DNA from: Bacteroidota bacterium
Lineage (GTDB): Bacteria; Bacteroidota; Bacteroidia; Bacteroidales; UBA12481
DNA length: 64,000 nt
Assembly (NCBI GenBank): GCA_018669475.1
Contig: JABHCC010000084.1
Coordinates: forward strand, 25,912-89,911
Direction of reading: 5' to 3'
Part shown: in pieces, positions 56,328 to 64,000 of the stretch
Layout: the number at the start of each line of letters is the position of its first letter
How positions within the stretch are numbered: position 1 is the stretch's first letter
Program-made: the position numbers and the translations under genes
The notes under the pieces: generated by a model
Seen by the model: the letters and a program-made list of their open reading frames with translations, nothing else
Told to the model about the DNA's origin: nothing
Databases searched by the model: none

Positions 56328-56882
56328 ATGACATTGCGAAAACTAATCCGTGTTCTCCACAGGGATCTGGGCTACCTTTTTTTTGGAATGAGTATCCTTT
56401 ATGCCATCTCAGGTATTGCCCTTAACCATATGAGGGACTTTAATCCTAATTTCAATATCCATCGTTATCAAATTGAGTATGGTGGCCCGTTTAAAATGTC
56501 GGACGTAAGTTCAGAATGGATCGCTGAATTACTCAGCGATATTGAGGTCAGTAATGAATATAAAAAATTCTATTTCCCCACTGACAAGCGCCTCAAGGTT
56601 TTTCTTAAAAACGGAAACATGGAGCTCGACATGGAAACCGGAATAGGCTTGCTGGAAACAGTTAAGAAGCGTCCGGTTCTGTATCAGATCAATTTTCTGC
56701 ACTACAACCCGGGCCGATGGTGGAAATGGTTCTCCGATATATTCTGTATAGCCTGGATAATAATATCCGTCACCGGACTATTTATTATTAAATCCGGCAA
56801 ACACAGTATAAAAAAACGAGGTGCATGGTGGACCATAGCAGGCGTTATCCTGCCAATAATCTTCCTGCTAATCTACGGGTAA
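56328..56882 (+). CDS. PepSY-associated TM helix protein
   Basis: LHRDLGY..G...YA.SGI.LNH, LHYNPG.WW.WFSD..TGL..RG motifs. Confidence 0.85.
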   Translation: MTLRKLIRVLHRDLGYLFFGMSILYAISGIALNHMRDFNPNFNIHRYQIEYGGPFKMSDVSSEWIAELLSDIEVSNEYKKFYFPTDKRLKVFLKNGNMELDMETGIGLLETVKKRPVLYQINFLHYNPGRWWKWFSDIFCIAWIIISVTGLFIIKSGKHSIKKRGAWWTIAGVILPIIFLLIYG

Positions 56883-56891
56883 AAAAAATCC

Positions 56892-57734
56892 CTACCATTC
56901 ATCCGGCAGGAGATTATCCAGACATCTGTTATAGAATCCCATCACACGGGCACTCATACCCATACTTGAGAATCCTCCGTCGTTGAATAGATTCTGCATT
57001 GTTATTTTACGCGTTAAATCAGAGAACAGGGTAACGCAATAATCAGCACATTCCTCTGAGCTGGCATTTCCAAGTGGAGCCATTCTGTCGGAGAAATCAT
57101 ATAAACCGTCAAAACCCCTTATCCCGCCACCAGCTGTTGTGATATTAGGAGATTGAGACACAGTATTAATTCTAACCTTTTTCTCACGTCCATAAATGTA
57201 TCCGAAACTGCGGGCTATACTTTCCAGAACTGATTTAGCCTCTGCCATATCATTGTAGCCGTAAAATGTTCGTTGGGCTGCTATATAAGTAAGGGCTACA
57301 ACAGAGCCATACTCATTTATCGCATCCATTTTCTTTGCTGTTTGCAGAAGTTTATGAAATGAGATGGCCGAAATATCTATTGACTGAGAATAGTATTTAT
57401 AATCGAGATCATCATATGATCGCTTCTTTCTAACATTCGGTGACATCCCGATAGAGTGAAGAATAAAATCCATCTTTCCTCCAAAAATTTCCATCGACTG
57501 ACTGAGTAAATTACTCAGATCATCCAAATTTGTTGCATCTGCACCAATCACCTGACTGTTGGTTTGCTCAGCCAGCTTATTGATTTCTCCCATCCGCATA
57601 GCCACGGGGGCATTGGTTAAGACAAGTTCAGCACCTTCTTCATGTGCTCGCTCTGCGACTTTCCAGGCAATGGATTTGTCATTCAGAGCACCGAAAACAA
57701 TGCCCTTCTTACCTTTAAGTAAATTATACGCCAT
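56892..57734 (-). CDS. fabI: Enoyl-ACP reductase FabI
   Basis: GKKGIVFGALN..SIAW, LHSIGMS, Y..M..AK, NTVSQSP, D.G.SS. Confidence 0.92.
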   Translation of the reverse strand: MAYNLLKGKKGIVFGALNDKSIAWKVAERAHEEGAELVLTNAPVAMRMGEINKLAEQTNSQVIGADATNLDDLSNLLSQSMEIFGGKMDFILHSIGMSPNVRKKRSYDDLDYKYYSQSIDISAISFHKLLQTAKKMDAINEYGSVVALTYIAAQRTFYGYNDMAEAKSVLESIARSFGYIYGREKKVRINTVSQSPNITTAGGGIRGFDGLYDFSDRMAPLGNASSEECADYCVTLFSDLTRKITMQNLFNDGGFSSMGMSARVMGFYNRCLDNLLPDEW

Positions 57735-57795
57735 AGGTTTTCACTTTATAAGTTATGTTTTAATACAAATTGAGAGAGAAATAGTTCGCACAGAA

Positions 57796-59448
57796 TCAGT
57801 TTAATAACTGGCGGGCATTGAGTATGGCCTCATCTGTTACTTTTTCTCCGCTTAACATTTTCGCCAACTCAACAACACGCTCTTCATTAGTAAGCTCTTT
57901 AACAGCCGTATGCGTGCTTGTGTCATCATCATATTTATATACCAGATAATGCTGATCACCACTACTGGCGACCTGTGGAAGATGAGTTATATTTAAAACT
58001 TGTCGATTTTTGGAGATAGAGCGTATCAAGCGACCCAACTTATCAGCAATATCACCTGATACTCCGGAGTCAATTTCATCAAATATTAATGTCGGAATCT
58101 CCAGCGAGTCACTTATCAGGCTTTTAACACTTAACATTAAGCGACTCATTTCTCCACCTGATGCTACGCGTGAAACTGGCATCAGTTCCTGATTTTTATT
58201 TGCTGTGAAATAAAATTCCATCTCATCGAGACCTTTTTCAGATGGTTCAGATAGCAATTCACAGGACAGATCAAAACGAGCATGAGGCATACCCAGGTCT
58301 TTCAGTATACTTTCAACTTCATTGCAAAAGTCAGGCTTTGCTTTCAATCTCCTGTCGGATAATAACTGCCCGGCATTAAGCAGGCTTGTCAGCCTCTCTT
58401 CAACAAGTTTTTCCAGCTTCGTAATCTTCTCTGAAGAAATATGGATTCCAGATAATTGCTTTTCTAGTCTGAGCTGTAAATCGATCAATCCCTGCTGATC
58501 TCCCACCTGATGCTTTTGTTGCAAGCTGTACAACAAGTCAATCCTGTCTTTAATATACTTTAATCGCTGAGGATCAGCCTCCACCCCATCCAATAATCTT
58601 GATAATTCCTGAATAAGATCCTTCAACTCCACATAGCTCTCATCCATTCTTCGAATAGGATCACTTAATGCCTTGTAAAAACTCTCAACCGAACGCAGAC
58701 TTTGGATATTCATCTTAATTACAGATAAAATTGACTGCTCATCTTCATCAAAAGAAAATACAGTATTCCCAACTTGCTGCTGAATCTCTTCAGAATGCTC
58801 CAGAACTTCAAGTTCTGCCTCCAAATCTGCCTGACTATCCTGATCAAGGCGTGCATCCTGAAGTTGTTTTAGCTGGAACTCCAGGAAATCCTGATTTCTT
58901 TTCTCTTCCTGATATTTCCTTCGCAGGAGATCTAACTCATTCTTTCCAGCCAGGTATTCATAATATTTTACAGCGTAGGATTCACGTACACTTGTAAGAC
59001 CAGCAAAAGCATCCAGAGCCAGCAAAGGAAACTGATCCTCATTCAGCATCAGATTCTCATGTTGGGCATGAATGTTAACCAGTTTATCTCCAATCTCTTT
59101 TAAAACAGGCAGGTTTACAGGAGTATCGTTGACAAATGCCCTTGATTTGCCACTGGGCACAATTTCGCGACGTAAAATAATTCCCTCATCAAGATCCAAA
59201 TCGTGCTTGCTGAAAAAATTGACATATCTCTTAGTCTGTACCTGAAACCTGGCCTCGACGATACATTTCTGCTTTTTATCTTTCAAAACAGAAGTATCAG
59301 CCCGATTACCAAGAATCAAAGACAGGGCATCCATAAGTATAGATTTTCCAGCTCCGGTTTCACCTGTTATTGTGGTCAAACCCATTGAAAAATCGACGAA
59401 CAGTGAAGAGATTAAAGCATAATTCTTGATGGAAAGAGAAGCGAGCAT
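57796..59448 (-). CDS. recN: DNA repair protein RecN
   Basis: TGETGAGKS, SRAFVND, ASGGEMSR, IFDEIDSG, ITHLPQVA; probable start 59448. Confidence 0.96.
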   Translation of the reverse strand: MLASLSIKNYALISSLFVDFSMGLTTITGETGAGKSILMDALSLILGNRADTSVLKDKKQKCIVEARFQVQTKRYVNFFSKHDLDLDEGIILRREIVPSGKSRAFVNDTPVNLPVLKEIGDKLVNIHAQHENLMLNEDQFPLLALDAFAGLTSVRESYAVKYYEYLAGKNELDLLRRKYQEEKRNQDFLEFQLKQLQDARLDQDSQADLEAELEVLEHSEEIQQQVGNTVFSFDEDEQSILSVIKMNIQSLRSVESFYKALSDPIRRMDESYVELKDLIQELSRLLDGVEADPQRLKYIKDRIDLLYSLQQKHQVGDQQGLIDLQLRLEKQLSGIHISSEKITKLEKLVEERLTSLLNAGQLLSDRRLKAKPDFCNEVESILKDLGMPHARFDLSCELLSEPSEKGLDEMEFYFTANKNQELMPVSRVASGGEMSRLMLSVKSLISDSLEIPTLIFDEIDSGVSGDIADKLGRLIRSISKNRQVLNITHLPQVASSGDQHYLVYKYDDDTSTHTAVKELTNEERVVELAKMLSGEKVTDEAILNARQLLN

Positions 59449-59482
59449 ACAAGAAAATTTTGGTTTTAAAGATAATAAAAAT

Positions 59483-59540
59483 GTCCGGGGTCGGGGGTTC
59501 AAAGTCCGGGGTCCGGGGTCCGGGGTCCGGGGTCCGGGGT
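59483..59540. repeat. GTCCGGG heptamer array
   Basis: GTCCGGG-GTCGGGG-GTTCAAA-(GTCCGGG)x5 between DUF4835 and recN. Confidence 0.92.
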
Positions 59541-59546
59541 TACTTG

Positions 59547-60455
59547 TTAAATCCCTGTTCCTTTATTTATCATATCCCATTTACTGGAATTGGCCGGGTC
59601 AATTTCTTTTAGTACCTGAACAACGCGGGATCGTTCATCTGGAAAGGCTTCAGTAAAAATATCGGTAATTTCTTTAGCTTTTGAAGTAAAGAAGATACTC
59701 CAAATCATGGCAGAGGGATTCTCACGATAAGCGCCGCGCAGGTCAGTCAGAGCTTCGGCAATTTCTCCACGACCATCATCCACAACATCACTCATCCTGT
59801 CAAGCCCCATGCGATGATACCTGTAATAACAATCTCGCATTACAGAATATTTATCGTTCAACAAATTTTCTGCAAGCCAGTATCTGTTTTTTGTACCTTC
59901 AAAAGCTTTCCAACCCGATTGAGGTGCATTTTGAGCATTTGAAACAATAGTCTCTGCACGCTGAAAAAACAAAGTCCCTCCCTCAGGTGAAAAAGTATCG
60001 TAATCCAATCCGAGAATGATATTCACATAATAGGCTACTAAAGAAATCAGATTGTTCGTATGGGCTTGCTCATTGAACTCAAGAGCCTCGAATTCCACAT
60101 ACTTAAAATGTATATCGTTATCCCTGTAATTAAAAAGATTGGTTTCGTATGAACTATTATATACCGGTCGGTTTGCCTGAATCTGTAAAGTACCCCTGAA
60201 CTCATCAGAACTAATCTGATCAGTGATATTGAACATCATTGAACACTTTATCCGTTCCTCATCTTTATATACATGATCAGTCCATTTCGTATTATTCACA
60301 AATTCATACAAGGCTTTGCGCATGGTATCAAAAACCTGTTTATTTGATCCCTGAATTTGTTGAGACATTACGCTTACGTTACACTCTAATTCCTGACCAA
60401 TCACAACTTGTGTTGTCAGCAAGAGTAGAATCAATATTTTAAGTTTGTTGATCAT
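59547..60455 (-). CDS. DUF4835 family protein (T9SS-associated PorD-like)
   Basis: QEL.C.V, F.N...WT, RPVYNSSY, D.F...GG, Y.YHR.GLD; position between coaBC and recN. Confidence 0.8.
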   Translation of the reverse strand: MINKLKILILLLLTTQVVIGQELECNVSVMSQQIQGSNKQVFDTMRKALYEFVNNTKWTDHVYKDEERIKCSMMFNITDQISSDEFRGTLQIQANRPVYNSSYETNLFNYRDNDIHFKYVEFEALEFNEQAHTNNLISLVAYYVNIILGLDYDTFSPEGGTLFFQRAETIVSNAQNAPQSGWKAFEGTKNRYWLAENLLNDKYSVMRDCYYRYHRMGLDRMSDVVDDGRGEIAEALTDLRGAYRENPSAMIWSIFFTSKAKEITDIFTEAFPDERSRVVQVLKEIDPANSSKWDMINKGTGI

Positions 60456-60462
60456 ACAATAT

Positions 60463-60508
60463 TATAATGATGATGTGATTGATGATAGTGATAATGACAG
60501 TGATAATA
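60463..60508. repeat. Degenerate (RRTGAT) hexamer low-complexity tract
   Basis: aatgat gatgtgat tgatgat agtgat aatgac agtgat aat between coaBC and DUF4835. Confidence 0.6.
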
Positions 60509-60514
60509 CTTGCT

Positions 60515-61789
60515 TCATGGAAATAATTTCTGGTCCTGATTCCCTATTCTCACAATCTCATCCAGAATGTCTTTTGCTACATCTTTCTTTGACTTTAACT
60601 CAAATTTCCTTGGTTTATTGTCTTTGGCAATCAATGTTATCTGGTTTGTATCTCCTCCGAATCCAGCTCCCTGATCCTGCAAAGAATTGAGGACAATCAA
60701 GTCAAAATTCTTACGATGTTTCTTAGCCAGGGCAGATTCCAATCCCTCATCCGTTTCAAGAGCAAAACCTATATTAAGCTGATCAGCTCTTTTAAGCTTA
60801 CCTAATTCCTTAGCAATATCAGGATTGGGAACAAGATCAATGCTAAAGCCCTTTTCTTTACCCTTTATCTTACTTTCCTTTGGATCAAGTGGTTTAAAAT
60901 CCGCGACTGCAGCTGCCATAATCGAGACATCCATATCCGGATAAATCTCATGAGCCTCTTTATACATCTCCTCACCAGATACAACATGAATAAGAGATAT
61001 CCTACCGATTTCCGCCTGCCGATTCCCGATTCCCGATTCCCGCCTGACCCGATGCAATCGGGGATTCCCGACTTCCAAATTCGGTCCAAGTATGAGGCTA
61101 ACATCCGCCCCTTCTTCAACAAGAGCTTCTGCAAGAGCCAAACCCATCTTACCAGATGAATAATTTCCAATGAATCTGACAGGATCGATCTTCTCAAATG
61201 TGGGTCCGGCTGTTATCAGAACCTTTTTACCTGTGAACCGTTGTTTTTTTTTTAGAAATCCCTCAAGCCAGGTAACAATTTTCTCAGGCTCTTCCATCCT
61301 GCCCTTTCCTTCAAGGCCACTGGCCAATTCTCCGGTAGCTGGCTCAATAATATGATTACCATATGACTCCAGAGTCTTGAGATTAGCTTGAGTTGCAGGA
61401 TGTTGAAACATATCCAGATCCATAGCCGGAGCGACAATAACCGGACAGCGGGCCGACAAATAGGTGGTCAGGAGCAAATTATCACAAACTCCATTCGCCA
61501 TTTTAGCAATAGTATTGGCCGTTGCAGGGGCAATAATCATGGCATCTGCCCAAAGGCCTAACTCAACATGTGAATTCCAGGCCCCATCATCATGCTTAAA
61601 AAAGTCAGTTAATACGGTATTGTCTGATAAGGTGGCCAGGGTAACAGGTGTAATAAACTCTTTCCCATAAGGGGTCAGAATTATTTTCACTTCAGCACCC
61701 TGCTTCTTTAACAGACGTGTCAGGTAAGCTGCTTTATAAGCGGCGATACTTCCTGTAATACCCAGAATGAACTTTTTCCCGTGTAACAT
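60515..61789 (-). CDS. coaBC: Bifunctional phosphopantothenoylcysteine decarboxylase/ligase with repeat-derived in-frame insertion
   Basis: GITGSIAAYK, APATAN, PAMD, G.GRM, TAGPT.E.IDPVRFI.N.SSGKMG, AAAVAD, GFALET. Confidence 0.96.
   Translation of the reverse strand: MLHGKKFILGITGSIAAYKAAYLTRLLKKQGAEVKIILTPYGKEFITPVTLATLSDNTVLTDFFKHDDGAWNSHVELGLWADAMIIAPATANTIAKMANGVCDNLLLTTYLSARCPVIVAPAMDLDMFQHPATQANLKTLESYGNHIIEPATGELASGLEGKGRMEEPEKIVTWLEGFLKKKQRFTGKKVLITAGPTFEKIDPVRFIGNYSSGKMGLALAEALVEEGADVSLILGPNLEVGNPRLHRVRRESGIGNRQAEIGRISLIHVVSGEEMYKEAHEIYPDMDVSIMAAAVADFKPLDPKESKIKGKEKGFSIDLVPNPDIAKELGKLKRADQLNIGFALETDEGLESALAKKHRKNFDLIVLNSLQDQGAGFGGDTNQITLIAKDNKPRKFELKSKKDVAKDILDEIVRIGNQDQKLFP
61005..61075 (-). 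repeat. REP-like element inside the coaBC coding sequence
   Basis: Minus strand GAAGTCGGGAATCCCCGATTGCATCGGG...(CGGGAAT)x3...GGCAGGCGGAAATCGG; same ends as 44013-44082. Confidence 0.85.
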
Positions 61790-61801
61790 GGGAGCAGTTT
61801 C

Positions 61802-62137
61802 TTACTCGTTTGTCTCGTCAGTGATTTCAGGCACACGGTAATATACTTTTTCTTCTACGTATTCCTGAGCAGCAATCAATGTTGGCTTAGGTAAGCGCTC
61901 GTAAAATTTTGAAATCTCAATCTGTTCGCGGTTTTCAAAAACTTCTTCCAGATTATCAGAATAAGAAGCAAATTCTTCAAGTTTTGAATTCAGTTCAACT
62001 TTAATCTCTACACCGATTTGATTAGCCCGCTTCGAAATAATTGAAATTGTTTGATACACATTATTGGTATCGTGAGCCAGTTCACTCATATTTCGGGTCA
62101 CCGTGGTACCCGGAGCATTCGTCTTTTTATAATACAT
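61802..62137 (-). CDS. rpoZ: RNA polymerase omega subunit (Bacteroidota type)
   Basis: T.NVY..I.I..KRANQI, LEEVFENREQIE.S.FYE.LPKP; between bamD and coaBC. Confidence 0.9.
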   Translation of the reverse strand: MYYKKTNAPGTTVTRNMSELAHDTNNVYQTISIISKRANQIGVEIKVELNSKLEEFASYSDNLEEVFENREQIEISKFYERLPKPTLIAAQEYVEEKVYYRVPEITDETNE

Positions 62138-62155
62138 TTCTAAAGTAAAAATTTA

Positions 62156-62959
62156 TTATTCACCACCTAGGGCTTTTTGAACAGTAGCATGTATACGCTC
62201 AGCTTCACGTAAATGTTGCGTTTCAGGAAATTCTTCTATAAATGCGTAATATGCTTCAATTGTATTCTCATATCTTTCTTTAACCTTGCTTTCGATAGAG
62301 TTTCGTGCCAAATCATAACTTGACTTAAGAATCAAATACATAAGTTCTTCACGAAAGCGTGTCTCGGGATAGGTTTTCAAGCTATTATTAAGAGCGGTTA
62401 TTGATGCCTTATAATCACCCAATTCAAAATATAGCTTTGCTGAATTAAATGATTTCTCAACCAGTTTATCATTCAGCTGATCTATCAGTTGATTACACTC
62501 ATCAATACGCTCTGAAGCAGGATGTAAATTAACATACAGCTGCAATTCATTAATCGCTTTATACGTACTGGTTTGATCCAGATTTGGATTAGGAGAATCC
62601 TCAAAATAGCAAAATGCATTCATAAAGGAACACTCATCTGCCTGAGGTGAATTTGGGAATGTAGTCACAAATTGCCTGAAATAATAACCTGCCATCACAT
62701 AGTCAGACTGATGATAATAACAGTAAGCATAATGATAATAAACATCTTCAGCCCGATCAGTACCTTTATAAACATTCATCAACTCTAAAAACAGAGCTGA
62801 GGCTCTCAGATAATCCTCATCTTCAAAATATTCTTTGGCTTTTTCATAAACGAGGTCATAATCACTGCTATTAAGTATTTTTTGATACTCACTGCATGAA
62901 ATTGACAGAACTGCCAGTAAGACAAGGGCTACAGCCTGAAAGGTACGTTTTTTAAACAT
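62156..62959 (-). CDS. bamD: Outer membrane protein assembly factor BamD
   Basis: Lipobox SISC, TPR-like helices, SP...LDQ..T..AI..LQ, YP....REE; probable start 62959. Confidence 0.92.
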   Translation of the reverse strand: MFKKRTFQAVALVLLAVLSISCSEYQKILNSSDYDLVYEKAKEYFEDEDYLRASALFLELMNVYKGTDRAEDVYYHYAYCYYHQSDYVMAGYYFRQFVTTFPNSPQADECSFMNAFCYFEDSPNPNLDQTSTYKAINELQLYVNLHPASERIDECNQLIDQLNDKLVEKSFNSAKLYFELGDYKASITALNNSLKTYPETRFREELMYLILKSSYDLARNSIESKVKERYENTIEAYYAFIEEFPETQHLREAERIHATVQKALGGE

Positions 62960-63019
62960 GGCGCAAATATACAACATTTTCAGATATTTGTACTATAACG
63001 TAATAGTGAGGAAAAATAG

Positions 63020-63027
63020 TAATTTTG
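63020..63027 (+). promoter_or_regulatory. Bacteroidota -7 promoter element
   Basis: TAATTTTG ~33 nt upstream of the GTG at 63061. Confidence 0.5.
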
Positions 63028-63060
63028 TTTGCAAATATTTTTAATTAAAAAGTAATTAGC

Positions 63061-64000
63061 GTGGACATATTTGAGAAAATTAAGCGGAACATGGGCCCTC
63101 TCGGTCAATACCAAAAAGAGGCTCACGGATATTTTGCTTTTCCTAAACTGGAAGGCCAAATTGCTCCGCATATGAAATTTAATGGTAAGAAAGTGCTTAC
63201 CTGGAGTTTAAATAACTATCTCGGACTGGGAAATCACCCTGAAGTTCGCGAAGCAGATGCTAAGGCAGCAAAAGACTGGGGCTTAGCGTACCCAATGGGT
63301 GCACGTGCAATGTCAGGACACACAGCTCAACACGAAGAGCTTGAAGCTCAACTGGCTGAATTCGAAGGCAAAGAAGCTGCATACCTGATGAATTACGGAT
63401 ACCAGGGAATGGTTTCTACTATAGATGCCCTGGTTGACCGGAAAGACGTGATTGTTTATGATTCTGAAAGCCATGCATGTATATTGGATGGACTTCGTTT
63501 GCACATGGGCAAACGATTTGTTTTTCCACATAATAACATGGAGAATCTGGAGAAACAGCTCGAAAGAGCAACTAAATGGGCAGCAAAAGATGATGGTGGG
63601 ATTCTTGTAATTACCGAAGGTGTATTCGGCATGTCAGGTGATGTAGGAAAACTAGATGAGATTGTTGCTTTGAAGAAGAAGTTTGATTTCAGACTGTTAG
63701 TTGACGATGCTCATGGTTTCGGTACCATGGGTAAAACCGGAGCAGGAGTTGGAGAACATTTTGGTGTACAGGATCAAATCGACATTTACTTCGGAACCTT
63801 TGCCAAATCAATGGCATTGATAGGAGGTTTCATTGCAGCTGATCGAGAGGTAATAGACTACATGTATTACAACCTGCGATCTCAGATTTTCGCCAAGTCT
63901 CTTCCTATGCCAATTGTGATTGGAGCAATGAAACGACTGGAATTATTAAAAACACGTCCTGAACTTAAAGGAAAGCTTTGGGAAATTACTAATGCTCTGC
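63061..64000 (+). CDS. PLP-dependent alpha-oxoamine synthase family (BioF/Kbl/SPT-like), 3' truncated by window
   Basis: Absent from the ORF track; manual translation from GTG: MDIFEKI...GYFAFPKLEG...NNYLGL..HPEV...HACILDG...EGVFGM.GD...DDAHG...GTFAKS. Confidence 0.88.
   Translation, partial: MDIFEKIKRNMGPLGQYQKEAHGYFAFPKLEGQIAPHMKFNGKKVLTWSLNNYLGLGNHPEVREADAKAAKDWGLAYPMGARAMSGHTAQHEELEAQLAEFEGKEAAYLMNYGYQGMVSTIDALVDRKDVIVYDSESHACILDGLRLHMGKRFVFPHNNMENLEKQLERATKWAAKDDGGILVITEGVFGMSGDVGKLDEIVALKKKFDFRLLVDDAHGFGTMGKTGAGVGEHFGVQDQIDIYFGTFAKSMALIGGFIAADREVIDYMYYNLRSQIFAKSLPMPIVIGAMKRLELLKTRPELKGKLWEITNAL

Noticed and set aside
519-63531. Numerous short ORFs antisense to or nested in long genes
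   Set aside because: They overlap well-supported genes and show no recognisable motifs; treated as shadow ORFs.

Overview
64 kb of a Bacteroidota chromosome, judged from TAnnTTTG promoter boxes, a T9SS cargo protein, DUF4249/DUF4835 genes and the bamD-rpoZ-coaBC-DUF4835-recN-fabI block. The gene content suggests an anaerobic peptide/amino-acid fermenter. Most of the window is housekeeping or catabolic: a sigma54 TonB/ABC-permease/two-component locus, a sulfatase, a TonB-dependent receptor-DUF4249 operon, GH97, a PAS signalling cluster, an StnABC/NfnABC-like electron-bifurcating complex, arcC-argF, ftsK-lolA, hutI-ftcD and a PgpH-like HD protein. I found no rRNA, tRNA, CRISPR array, integrase or transposase. 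Most notable observations: (1) a secreted M28 peptidase-cyanophycinase fusion; (2) three related ~110-nt leaders, two ending exactly at peptidase start codons; (3) a ~70-bp REP-like element present both intergenically and in-frame inside coaBC; (4) a perfect 47-bp direct repeat bounding a 7.9-kb accessory segment; (5) polarised G/C-rich heptamer arrays. All product calls come from motif recognition by eye; no database searches were run.
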